A stretch of DNA of 64,000 nt from Perkinsus chesapeaki ATCC PRA-425 (taxonomy: Eukaryota > Protista > Perkinsozoa), in NCBI GenBank assembly GCA_013115145.1, contig JAAPAO010000061.1:34615-98614 (forward strand), given 5' to 3'. A model generated the notes under the pieces. It did not search any database, was not told the DNA's origin, and saw only the letters and a list, made by a program, of their open reading frames with translations. Shown in pieces: positions 23,686 through 35,006 of the stretch; position 1 is the stretch's first letter; each line of letters begins with the position of its first letter. The translations under genes were made by a program, and so were the position numbers.

Positions 23686-26600
23686 TTATAAACGATTGAG
23701 TAAATTATCAAATGGTTCGGCTGCATATTCTTCAATTACACGATCACATCCTCTGCTATTAGCAGGAAGCCGGGCAAGGAGCCGCATCGTGGGCCGACCA
23801 TGAGGGCAGTTCCATGGTTGATTTAACGCTGATAAGCACAACAAGAGCATATGAGGTAGATTACTTACGATACGCACGGTACCTGCCATTTTCCTAACAA
23901 CTGCCTCCATCTTACGGCGACCGAGAGAGTCCCCAATCATGATGGCAGTGCGGCATGCTCGGGATGCTAGCATCGACCACACCCTTGGTGGTCGAAGGCA
24001 ATGACCAAGTGATGTGGACCAGAAGAGAGTTGCCGATGGAACTGATAGCTAAGTCGAGTACGATGATGAGGCGCAGTCGCCTTAGAAGGGGACTGAGGGG
24101 CGGCGGCGTTACCTTCATCATCAGCTCGACCTGTTGCTCCTCTTTCTTGCAGTAGCGCAGCCAGCTCGACAAAGTCTTCCTTGGTGAGCGGGCGACTCCT
24201 TTCAAATCCTAGTCCAGAGGCGACGCCTAAAGCCGTCAACTGTACTCGGGATCCGATAGGAGCTTCATCATCAAACTTGAATCGGAAGCCGCAGGCCTAG
24301 AAAGGCTACACTGAAGTCGGGGAATCGTCCTTCGAGGAACAAACCTCGATTTCCCTGCGTGATTCCCTAATGCATGATTCAATGGGCGGTGGAAGGCTTA
24401 ATCTCACTGGGACGATCATAGGCTGAGATTTGAGCTCAGACGTCTTGTTGAGGCCCTCGAAGATAGTCTTCTCATCACATGCATGTTGGTCCAGGATGAA
24501 GAGCCATTGGCCATCGAGTGCTGTTATGATGAATCCCTTGTTGAACTGCCCTATAACACGCATGTTCTCGAAGTCCTGTTTACCGAGTTTGATGTGGAAA
24601 GTCGCATTGCAACCTTCATCAAACTCTTCTCCTGCATTATCCACTTCTTCATCCTCCAGCCGTCTTTGCTTCCGTTTGTTCACCTCCTCGCTATCCTCCA
24701 AACATCGCTTTCGACACGTGTTCGGCTCCACGGTCTCTTCCTCCTCCACGGTCGACTCCTCGTCCTCCTCTGATTGACTGTCCACTACTGTTTCCTCCTT
24801 CCCTTGTAGCTGAGTAACAGCTACGGCATCTTCCTCGCTCACAGTACTCTGACTTTCTGAGGGCTCGTTAACCTCCTCTCCTGCACTATCATTGAGGCAG
24901 GAGAGGTCTCTCCTCAAGCACATTGAGCTTTCCCTAGTTCCACCGCTGCTTTCCTTCACAGAACCCTCCTTATCTAATTGGGGTTCTATAACTTCTATAG
25001 GTTCAGTATCCTTCTTATCAACACAAGGGACCTCCGAGGCATTCTGGTTGCGCTCTTTCTGTGCACTTTCGGCCAGCACCTCCTCGACGGGACGAACTAC
25101 CAACGCTGATCTTGGCGTTTCAGTGGACTCTTCACAACCGTTTGTCGGCGTTCGCGGGACATCTTCGTCGCAAGGAAGCACCGGAGCAGCAATTCGGTCG
25201 ACAAGAGGCGTGAGAGTACGAGGAGAACTGCACCGTTTGCTCTTTGACATGCCACTGCCCAGCGCAGAGCCCCATAGACGACCTCGAGAGGATGTCCGAG
25301 ATGTTACCTGGATTGGCGTGCTCTTCTGGGGAGTGGACTTGTCGATCTGATCCTCTTTATATCCTTTCTTTGTGTCATCAATATCGACCGCCACTCTCCC
25401 ATCATCCTTCTTAAGCCAATCGTAGAGCTTCCTTTGCTGTTTAGCACTACTAACCTGTACTGCTGTTTGACTTGAAGCACTTGACCATTCCTCCTCAATT
25501 CGTTCAACTATCTGATCGCAAAGCTCCGTCTCGAAGTCCAGTATGACCGATCGTTTATCCTTCGATGAGTTAACATCGGCGTCCACCCCTTCCCCTAGCT
25601 CCACTGATAACACTGCTATCCACGTCCGGCCACTCTTCCGGTCCAGCGCCACTGTGGTTTGGTATTTCTTATACAGCTGGCTTAAAGTCCTTATAACCCT
25701 AGAAGGCATATCCACTGGCCTCCCCCCTACATAGAGCCATTGGGCATGTACCACACCAGAGCGCAGGACACTAGTAGGAGGGGACAACCACCCCTTAAGG
25801 CGCCATCTATCACTATCACCTTCCAGTGATATTCTCGTCATACCATTGAGCTCTGTAGGGGACAGGCAACACACCTTTCGTATAGCAGTATCCATATCAT
25901 CTTCAGGATTGGTGGCGAGCAATGACCGACCATCACAGGTGAGCCGGAAAGCAACGTCATGCCGAATGACAGCATAGGCTTGTATCATACCCACCGCTGC
26001 TGTAACTTGTTTCTTTGCATTTCTCTCGAATTCTCTAAGTCTTACAGGTAGCCCTCTAAACAACCCTCGTACTGTAACCGTGGTCCCAACTCCTCGAACA
26101 GCTTCACCGTCACTACAGCTTAATCGACCAGTCTTATCGTACACTAGAACTCTACCGAGCTCGGAACCGGAATCGCCAGTACGGGTGAGTACAGTAACAC
26201 CGCCATTAGTGAGACCACACATCGCTGCCAATGCCTCGCCTCTGAACCCAAAGCCATTGGAGCCCAGTCTAAGGCCCTCCACTCTGTCATCTAAGACGGT
26301 GTCTACTTTACTAGTAGCATGCCATGAACAAAGTGTGGACCAGTTATCTTGAGATACACCAGAGCCATCATCTGATACCGATATCAAATCTATACCATTA
26401 TTCACAAGAGTTATGGTGATATTCTTCGCACCCTACGAGAGACAGAAACACTGTGGTGGGAAGGGAGGATACTGACTGAACTATACGCAAGCATGAACAG
26501 GGCAGATGGTTACAAAGTCGCGGCAATCTATTAGCGGTTAAGTTTCCCTACTAAGCTCTTCAGTGTTATCCATGCGCACTATCCCTATTATTACAGCATC

Positions 26601-26729
26601 CAATGAGTTCTCCAATAACTCCTTTACACATTGGCTTAGACTAGTAACCACTTGTGCTGCACATATACTATCAATAACTCCCCTTGATAATGCTGTTAAC
26701 TCTACACCTACTGTTGAGGCATTAGACAT
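23686..26729 (-). CDS. PMS2: DNA mismatch repair endonuclease PMS2/PMS1 (MutL family)
   Basis: ICAAQVVTSLSQCVKELLENSLDA; DDGSG; GFRGEALAAM; VIGQFNKGFI; LDQHACDEK (DQHAx2E endonuclease motif); CRTAIMIG; PWNCPHGRPT. Confidence 0.95.
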
Positions 26730-26998
26730 ATTAAACTAGTACATCACCGCAGCAGTAACAGCAACAACCTATAGTCAAACCAAGGCCCGACAAGCCCAAC
26801 TTGTAGGCAAGAACCGCATCTTAAGGCCCCTCGTGGCTGCTGCTGCTGTTGTTGTTGTTCTTCCCAATAGCACCCTTCCGATATACCCAAGAGAATATAC
26901 CACTATAACTACCAACACGACAGCTTATCGTCTAATATCCAGATAATGATTGAATCAATGAAACTACTGGACAGTATTCCTAGGAACTTCTATTATCC

Positions 26999-28462
26999 TC
27001 ATCGGCTTTCCTCGCCAGAGGGTTCAGGAGTAGAGGCGTGATCAGAATAATCTGGCTCGCTATCGAGCACTGCCAAGGCCCCTGTAGTGAGGATAATATT
27101 ATCTCTAAATGCGACTTCCGGTGACACGACGTAGCCCAGAATGTCATGGTATCTAGATACAGCAATTCCCATCCTCCATCGACCTGTCCCTACTCAGCAG
27201 AGCGACGTCCCATGATCTTCTTCACTTCAACATCGCGCAAGTTGACCAATGCACGCGCTATTTCCTCACCGGTCGCACCCTCTATTAAGGACACGCAGTC
27301 ATCTCGATGGAAACTACCGCTAACATTTGTTATACCTAAATACATTGTCCAGTTTCGAGGATACCTGAAAGCTATTACCGGCAGCGAAGAGGCTCTTCTT
27401 CTTCCTTATGGCATCGGCAGCTCCCGCGTCAAGTGTGATGCTGCCTCTGGTCTTGAGAGCCAACATCCATCGACGTCTCCAAGTCATCTTAGATACAGCA
27501 AACTGCATATCATCTGGGGATACCCTAAAGACCGTCATTAGCTCATCTTCAGAGCCAGTCTCGAGGTAGTGCAGAACCTAGTAACCTATGAAATGCATCA
27601 CGACACCATTCCGATGGTTACCTTATCAGGCTTGGCTCCATGAGTTAGTATGCACTCTATACCAGCAGCAACAGCCGTTCTGGCAGCAACTAGCTTGGTA
27701 GCCATACCACCTGTGCCTGATAGGTGGAGGTGTGCGAGTGGAGTGCTACACAGTCTTACCCCATTCGCTATCCCCAGCAACATCCACATCCAGCTTGGCC
27801 AGCTCAATGCTACTGAGCTCTCTGATAGGTTTGGCATCGGGAAACTCATGTGGGTTTTTATCATATAGGCAATCCACATCAGTTAAAAGGAATAATTTAT
27901 CGGCGTTGCAGCTGACGGCTACTAAGGCAGATAGAGTATCATTGTCTCCAAAACGTAGCTCGTCCACGCAGATGCAATCGTTCTCGTTAATGATAGGAAT
28001 AACCCCCATGTTAAGCAGCTCATTCATCGCATTTCTGAAATTCACAAAGCGGTCCTTGGCGGAGAAGTCAGACCTAGACAGCAGAATCTGCGCCACTTTG
28101 AGGTTGTAGGCATTGAACAGGTCCTCGTATAGTCTTATAAGATGAGATTGCCCAGCAGCAGCGACAGCCTGCTTCAATGCTAGCTGGTTTGATGAGGGAC
28201 GGGTTGCCAAATTGAGCTTCAAACATCCGAACCCGACAGCGGCGGAGGTGACGATAATAACTTGGTAACCAGGGATTCTCCTAATACTGGCAACCAAGTC
28301 CACCAGACCACCCATGTTGGCCATGTTCACAGAATGACAAGGCTTCATAAGGGTAGAAGTACCAACTTTTAAAACAACCAGATGATGCCTTGGTTCCTCA
28401 TCCTCTACTTCTTGTTCGTGGTGTTGATTAGTTGTATCATTTCCTTGTTGCTTGTATGACAT
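26999..28462 (-). CDS. proB: Glutamate 5-kinase with PUA domain, copy 1
   Basis: VVLKVGTSTL; AAAGQSHLIRLY; PIINEND; FGDNDTLSALVA; LLTDVDCLY; W|GTGGMATKL; PUA RGSITLDAGAADAI. Confidence 0.93.
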
Positions 28463-28721
28463 GGCCGCTGCTGCTATCTAAAACAATAGGGGGTACCCCC
28501 TTGACTAGGAGCTGGATATGATAAAAACTAATCAACACGACATGATAACGAGTAAAAAGGTGCCCATGTAATAGATATGAAAGATGCTTTACTTACTACT
28601 GCTGCTGCTGATACTACCGGGAAAGTATTAACCACTACTACTACGGTTTACAGTAACCTACTGCAATACCAATAACATCATCAAAGTAGTCTACTACTAC
28701 AACCATATTAGATGCTAGTAT

Positions 28722-30180
28722 TTACGAGGTACCATCGTAGGTTGAATCATCCCCATCGTCCTCTTCAGGTTCACTGTCTAACATAGCAAGTGCCCCAGTA
28801 GTTAGGATAATATTCTCCCTAAAGGCTACTTCAGGTGTCACAGTGTAACCGAGGATCTTATTAAACCTGTTAATAAACAGATATATATTATATAATACCT
28901 GCATTATTCTCCTACCTATGTGAAGATTGTCCTTTAACCTTATCAACTTCAACACTTTTCATATTCATCAAGGCCCGGGCTATCTCCTCTCCAGTCTCTT
29001 CATCAATCAGTGAGACACCTTCATCTCTATGGAAAGTGCCAGACACCGCACAGATACCTGCATCAGTATTTCACTCGCCACTGTATAGTATGGTATTATT
29101 ACCAGAGGCCAGCAAGGGACGTTTGTTCCTTATCAAATTGGCACCAGCTGCAGTGAGAGTAATTGCTCCCTTTAATGGTAGAGCTAAGATCCATCTACGC
29201 CTCCAGGTCATCTCTGATACAGCAAATCTCATGCTGTCAGGAGACACTCTAAAAACCGTCATCAAGGATTCCGGAGCCCCAGTGGTGAGGTACTCGAGAA
29301 CCTGTTATAAGCAACAGCAGCCATAAGACAAGTAGTCTATGTAAAAGTACTACCTTCTCAGGCTTAGCTCCATGGGTTAAAACACATTCAATACCAGCCG
29401 ATACAGCGGTACGGGCTGCCATCAGCTTTGTCTCCATTCCCCCTGTACCTAGATTACCCGATCAGAATATAACGAGACTATTTTATCACCCCACTGACTG
29501 CCTCCAGCAACATCTACATCCAGCTTGGCCAGCTCAATGCTACTGAGCTCTTTAATAGGTTTGGCATCGGGAAACTCATGTGGGTTTTTATCATATAGGC
29601 AATCCACATCAGTTAAAAGGAATAATTTATCGGCGTTGCAGCTGACGGCTACTAAGGCAGATAGAGTATCATTCTCCCCAAAACGTAGCTCGTCCACGCA
29701 GATGCAATCGTTCTCGTTAATAATGGGTACTACACCCAAATCCAGCAATCTGAATATCGCATTTCTGAAATTCCTGTAACGATCTTTGACCGCGAAGTCA
29801 GGCCTAGACAGCAGCATTTGTGCACAGCGTAGATTGTGCACACTGAAGAAGTCTTCATACAGTCTGATAAGATAGGACTGTCCAACGGCCGCTGCGGCCT
29901 GTTTGAGAGACAAATCATCGGCAGCTGGACGAGAAGATAGGTCAAGCTTAAGACAACCAAATCCAACCGCCGCAGATGTAACAACAATCACTCTGTGATT
30001 TCGACCGGGTATATTCTGAATCGCTGCCACTAGATCAACTAGACCACCCATATTAGCCATATCTACCGTTTGGCAGGGCTTCATAAGAGTAGATGTACCG
30101 ACCTTAATTACGACAAGTTTATACTCATCGGGGCTTGCAAAAAGCTTATCAGCAACGCAGGAGGTTGCAGGAGTCGACAT
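28722..30180 (-). CDS. proB: Glutamate 5-kinase with PUA domain, copy 2
   Basis: VVIKVGTSTL; PIINEND; FGENDTLSALVA; W|GTGGMETKL; PUA KGAITLTAAGANLI; the intron before GTGGM is in the same position as in copy 1. Confidence 0.93.
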
Positions 30181-30377
30181 TATATATTATTATTATCAAG
30201 TAGTCTATACACCGGCTGGTTCAGACTTATGAATCATCTTAGCGGCTCCTGATAATTTTGGTATTCTTTCGGAGGCTCGGACTAGGAAACATACACGAGC
30301 AACACAAGACAATTGTCCCGTTCATTGACAAGTCATCACACGCATGATGCGGTCTGAGGGATGCCAGGCATGGGTAT

Positions 30378-31550
30378 TTAAATATCATCATCGAACTCGG
30401 TATTTTGCAACGCCGTGTACTCGTCACTTTGCTGACGAAGATACCTACGCACCCGGAAGAATTTAAGATACTCCCAATCCTATCCTCCCACTCGTTTCCA
30501 AAGCCCCCAATTCCCCCTAGTAATGCACCAATAGGATAGCAATAATGCTCCTCACGCAGCAGGGCTAATCGGACCTAACCAATCTAACTTAAAACGGATA
30601 CACTACATCATCACATCATACCTGATACTGTACCTCATCCTCTACATCCATAACCCCGAAAATAAACCCAAAAGTGCCCCCCATTATTAAAGCGATGAAC
30701 AATACCTACTTGAACGGTACGGTACATGTCGCTAACAGAAAGGCTACCAAATACACCTGGCTCGTGCTCTCCACCAAAGGCCGTGCTACGACTACTTGGA
30801 GGAAGCCAAGGAGGTAGTTTATCATATCCACTACTGAGAAGGTAAGGGCGAACGATACCGACACTCCCAGTACCGAGTATCTGAGTTCCGATGAATTTAT
30901 CGAATAGTTTCGCGGCCTACAGCGGTATCTTCAGAACCGGGGACATTCCTACGAACCAATTCTTTTCAAGGATGAAGCACAAGAATCCGCTGACCACAAT
31001 CAGGGATGCAAATAGTTGCAGTTGTTTCTTCCTTGCCGATTCCTCTGGAGTGCTCACCTAACCCGATACGTGACGCTACCCCACCACCACGAGGAGGAGG
31101 AGGGCACTGCTACCATCTGAGCTTGTGTTGATATGCGCCATAGTATGACACATCCAACAGATATGAACAACAATCCAAAATAAAGGGCGAAAAATGCCGA
31201 CATAGATATCTCAACCAGAGTGCAGTTAACCACTAGGGATATTATTATGCCCAAAACTGCACCTGACCGAACATACCTTTTCCCCATTGATGCCCCCCCT
31301 TCCCCCTCCCTACCGATAACAGCCGCCGTTCCTCCCTTAATTAGCAGCTGTCCCGTTATTGGTGTGGTGGACATCTGCTGGAGCGTTGTGATTGCTCCTT
31401 GTGTTGTCTTGGGAGTGTAGGATTGTAGTTTCATTGAAATCACAAATACCTTATAATACCTTACTCGACCCTGTGATGATGATGACCAAACAAGACACTT
31501 ACTACTAGTAGTTGAGAGATACGTACGTATAGGGAAGGATAAGTAACCAT
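30378..31550 (-). CDS. Multi-pass membrane protein of unknown function
   Basis: Several hydrophobic segments: GAVLGIIISLVVNCTLVEISMSAFFALYFGLLFISVGCVILW, LFASLIVVSGFLCFIL, YSVLGVSVSFALTFSVVDMINY. Ends TEFDDDI-TAA. Confidence 0.65.
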
Positions 31551-31657
31551 CGTCGACGTCGTCTTGGACAATGCCAGGACAGTTTATTTGGTAGGTTGAC
31601 GGATGAATAATAACTCAGATATGCTACTACGTCAATGCTGGCCTCGAGCGCTGATGC

Positions 31658-33747
31658 TTAGGCCGACTTCTCTTCGTTATTGGGAGAGGTGGCCTCCTTC
31701 TCAACATAAGGAGGGTTCACCTGCATGTTGGTGAAGCACTTGACGATGGAGATATCTTCAGGCTCGGCATCCTCTTTAAGAACAAAGAAGCAATGGGTAT
31801 CTACAACTAGCCGTCAATTAACCACTATGAAGTAGTATTACCTCCATATGGACTAACATCTACCTTGATACCCTTCATACCAGCAAGCTTGCGCTCAGCA
31901 TTGGGATGGAACTTCAGCACTGCTTCCACAAGCTCGTAATCAGGAGTACCCTAACCAAGCGCCACAAACAGGCCTCCTATCATCATCATCCACCACCCTA
32001 TCGCCCAAGGGCGTCTGCTAATCACCTGCTTGAGCTCCTGTCCAGCCTTACGGCTTCTGAGGACATCTCTCACACGGTTATTGGCGGTATGTATGTTGTT
32101 GTAGCGCTGCGTGCCAAGCATTATTGGCTTGTCGCGGGAACGCTTACGGTCCTATCCAAAGCAGCAGTAGCAATAATAATAGCATCTCACACAATCGTAA
32201 TAATACAGTATCAAATAGTACAGAAATAAATACATTGTTAAACAACTTATAAAGGGCCTTTATACATCAAAGGGGGGCAACAATCAATGCGATAAACCCT
32301 TTACGACATCATCATGACATCTTATCGCCTCTTCATATCGTCCATCAAGGGTAAAACCCTCATAAAAGTAGCAACAACTGCTATTAGACGAGCGACAAGA
32401 AGAAGAAGGAGACGACGACGACGATCCCCGAGTAAGCCCATCACACTGCGAGTCAGACTCGCCGGTGGTGTAGACTCGCCGAGTCTACACCACCGGTAGC
32501 AGCAGATGCAACCGAAACATTGCGCCTCAATCGCTCTACCTTAGCTCGGGATTCCCTCTTTCGAAGCACATGAGCTGGAAGACGCTTCAAAGCATCCTTA
32601 AGCTCGATGCCGTATACAGGCTCAGTCTTGAGCTCGAACTCGGGCTTAGTTGAGCTCGACTCGCCTTCCTTCTCGCTGTCTTTCTCACCCTCCTTAGCTT
32701 TATCAGCAAAGGGACTGGCCTGAAAGCACGAACAAAGGTAGTTTGTAATATAAAGGGTTATATACCTTGAACTTGAGGTCAGTGAAGAACTGAACATCAT
32801 CATCGAAGGGCTTGAAGAGGACATAACAGGAATGCTTATTCTCTAAAAGGAAAATATAAATGCATTGAATGAGCACAGGCTTTAGCACACTTACTGTCAA
32901 CACTGGTGGCAAATGTAACAACATTTCCCTCTGGATCCTTGGCCTTCTCCTTGACAATCTCCTCCAATGACTTTTTAATATTAGGCCACTCAACCTTTAT
33001 AGAAGCATCTCATAAGCCGTATAGACTTGTTACTACCTCCTCAGGGATATCTCTAACAGCCACGATAACACCGCCATCATGGACAGTAACATTCTTCATC
33101 TGAGACTGTCTTGCTCCCTTCTTAGGAGCGCTCAAAGCGGGCAAGGGAGTAGTTCGGCGGATGGAACTGGAATCAACGTAACGATATACTACCACTCAAC
33201 CACAGTATTACAGTTTGCCATTCTCATCCTTCTTCATCTCGAGATTAGATCCCTCAGCCAAGGCCTTCTCGATGTCATCAGCGGTGCAGTGCATCTGCTT
33301 CATCTTGTTACAGGATAGAACAAGATCAGCTGGTAGCCAGCCCTAAGAATATCATATGGAAATGAGGAGTGCTGGGGTCAGTACCTCAGGATCCTCGGAT
33401 ATCTTCCTATGGAAGAATGCATCATGCCTCAGATTGTTATCGGAGAAATAGTACTCCACCTGACGCTTAACCTGAATACAAAGATCACCGTTGTTTATTG
33501 GACCAAAGTTTATGGTGTACAGTGGACTACAGAGCAGGCAGCAGCACTCAACAACGTAGCTAATGACAATATATGAAATTCGATGACATAAAAAATAGAC
33601 AACACACCTTAGACGGTGGTACCCGCAATTTGATAATATTACATCAGCAACAGCGGGGCCACCGGTTGATGTTTTCTGCTTCTTAGGAGATGTGGCTTCA
33701 GTTGACTCCTCAGTGGAAGGTCGCTTAACTGCCTCAGTAGTGGACAT
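31658..33747 (-). CDS. La-motif RNA-binding protein with RRM-like middle region and C-terminal DUF3223 (DCL/DeCL) domain
   Basis: VKRQVEYYFSDNNLRHDAFF...GWLPADLVLSCNKMK (La motif); VHDGGVIVAVRDIP...WPNIKKSLE; C-terminal VLKFHPNAERKLAGMKGIK...THCFFVLKEDAEPEDISIVKC (DUF3223-like). The splice link across 32200-32500 is inferred. Confidence 0.7.
32462..32496. repeat. Perfect 17-bp inverted repeat
   Basis: CCGGTGGTGTAGACTCG-c-CGAGTCTACACCACCGG, immediately preceded by CGAGTC-a-GACTCG. Confidence 0.95.
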
Positions 33748-33800
33748 TGTGTGACACGAGAATACAGTCAACTACAAGTACTATAATATAGACGACGATC

Positions 33801-35006
33801 ATGTCATCATCGTCAGCGTCGCACTCCAAAGATATCGATTATAATGTCGAGCGCGAAGATTGTGCGGCGGAGCGATGCGCATTTAGTCGTCTACGGAGGA
33901 TATGTTTTGGCAAAACTTTAAGCATGTCATCTCAGAGCTCATCTCCCCAGCGAAAGCGGCGTCGAATTCCAAGCAATGGCGATAAAAATAAGGTAACAGT
34001 CTTTAGCGACCTCATATCGCACTCGGGAAATTAGAATTGTAGAACTTAACCCGTTGGTTCTACAGTCTTGACTTGCTGCTGGAGCGACTGAACTACCCTC
34101 TGGGCATTCATTATTCCTCAGGATCCTGGACTTAACAATGCTGGCATCGTCGTCAACCCACATGAAGGAGAACATTGCCTTTCACCGGGTAGACATAGGT
34201 AAGGCCGCTTGAAGCATGTATCTGCTAGTATACCTGTCAGAGTCGACGACGCTATCGAGGGTTCGGAAGCTGCTGCTGGTAAAACCCCATCGTCGAGGAG
34301 CCAAGTGAAGAATGTACATGTTCATGATGGTGGTATTGTGGCCACTGTAGAGAATATACCGGAATCGGTAGGATGACCATTCATGTTGCTATAGACGTAT
34401 TTGTTCAGGTTGATTGGCCTGGCATTAAGAAGGCACTCGAGGCCAAGCTCAGTGATCTCCCAAGCGACGTTGATGGGGATGCCGTCACATTTGCTACTAA
34501 AGTCGATAGTGAGACCATAACCAGCACCCCTATATTGCAAATCCTCGTGTTGCTTCAGAGATTAATCGCTCCTGCTGTGTTGTATTCAAGCCGTTCGAAG
34601 TCGATGAGGAGTTTTTCCGGCATATGAGGTTTGAGGTATGACACTTGTCATCGAAGCTTTATGAGTGTTGCTTCAGGTTGAGCCACACGTCGAGTCCGAG
34701 TCCACTAATTCTGTACCTCCAGGGCAAGCATCTGTGCTCGAAAATGACCCTGTTGCGTCGTCGAATAATAATGATGATTCAACAGTCTTATACGAGCTAT
34801 ATACCGATCCATTGTATGGCATAGACTTGCAGGAGGCACTGAAGCGATTGCCTGCTCATGTCCTCCGTAAACGAGAGTCACGTGCCAAGGTTGAACGCCT
34901 CAAACGCAATGACTCATCATCTGGTATTTGTTGGCCCCTACCAGAGTGTCGTCTTCCAACTATTCCTAGTAAGGCTAGTCGGGGACGCACTGCTAGGTTG
35001 AGCTAG
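33801..35006 (+). CDS. Inverted partial paralogue of the La gene; no intact La motif, possibly a pseudogene
   Basis: SRSQVKNVHVHDGGIVATVENIP, VDWPGIKKALE...DAVTFATKV and DPLYGIDLQEALKRLPAHVLRKRESRAKVERLKRN match exons of the minus-strand La gene. The 5' frame could not be joined cleanly. Confidence 0.6.

Noticed and set aside
24430-26352. Several plus-strand ORFs of 60-152 aa
   Set aside because: They are antisense shadows of the 2.1-kb PMS2 exon.
17509-30180. PEPCK, PMS2 and two proB genes as a functional cluster or operon
   Set aside because: They are unrelated pathways interleaved with hypothetical genes in a compact eukaryotic genome. Shared strand alone is weak evidence.
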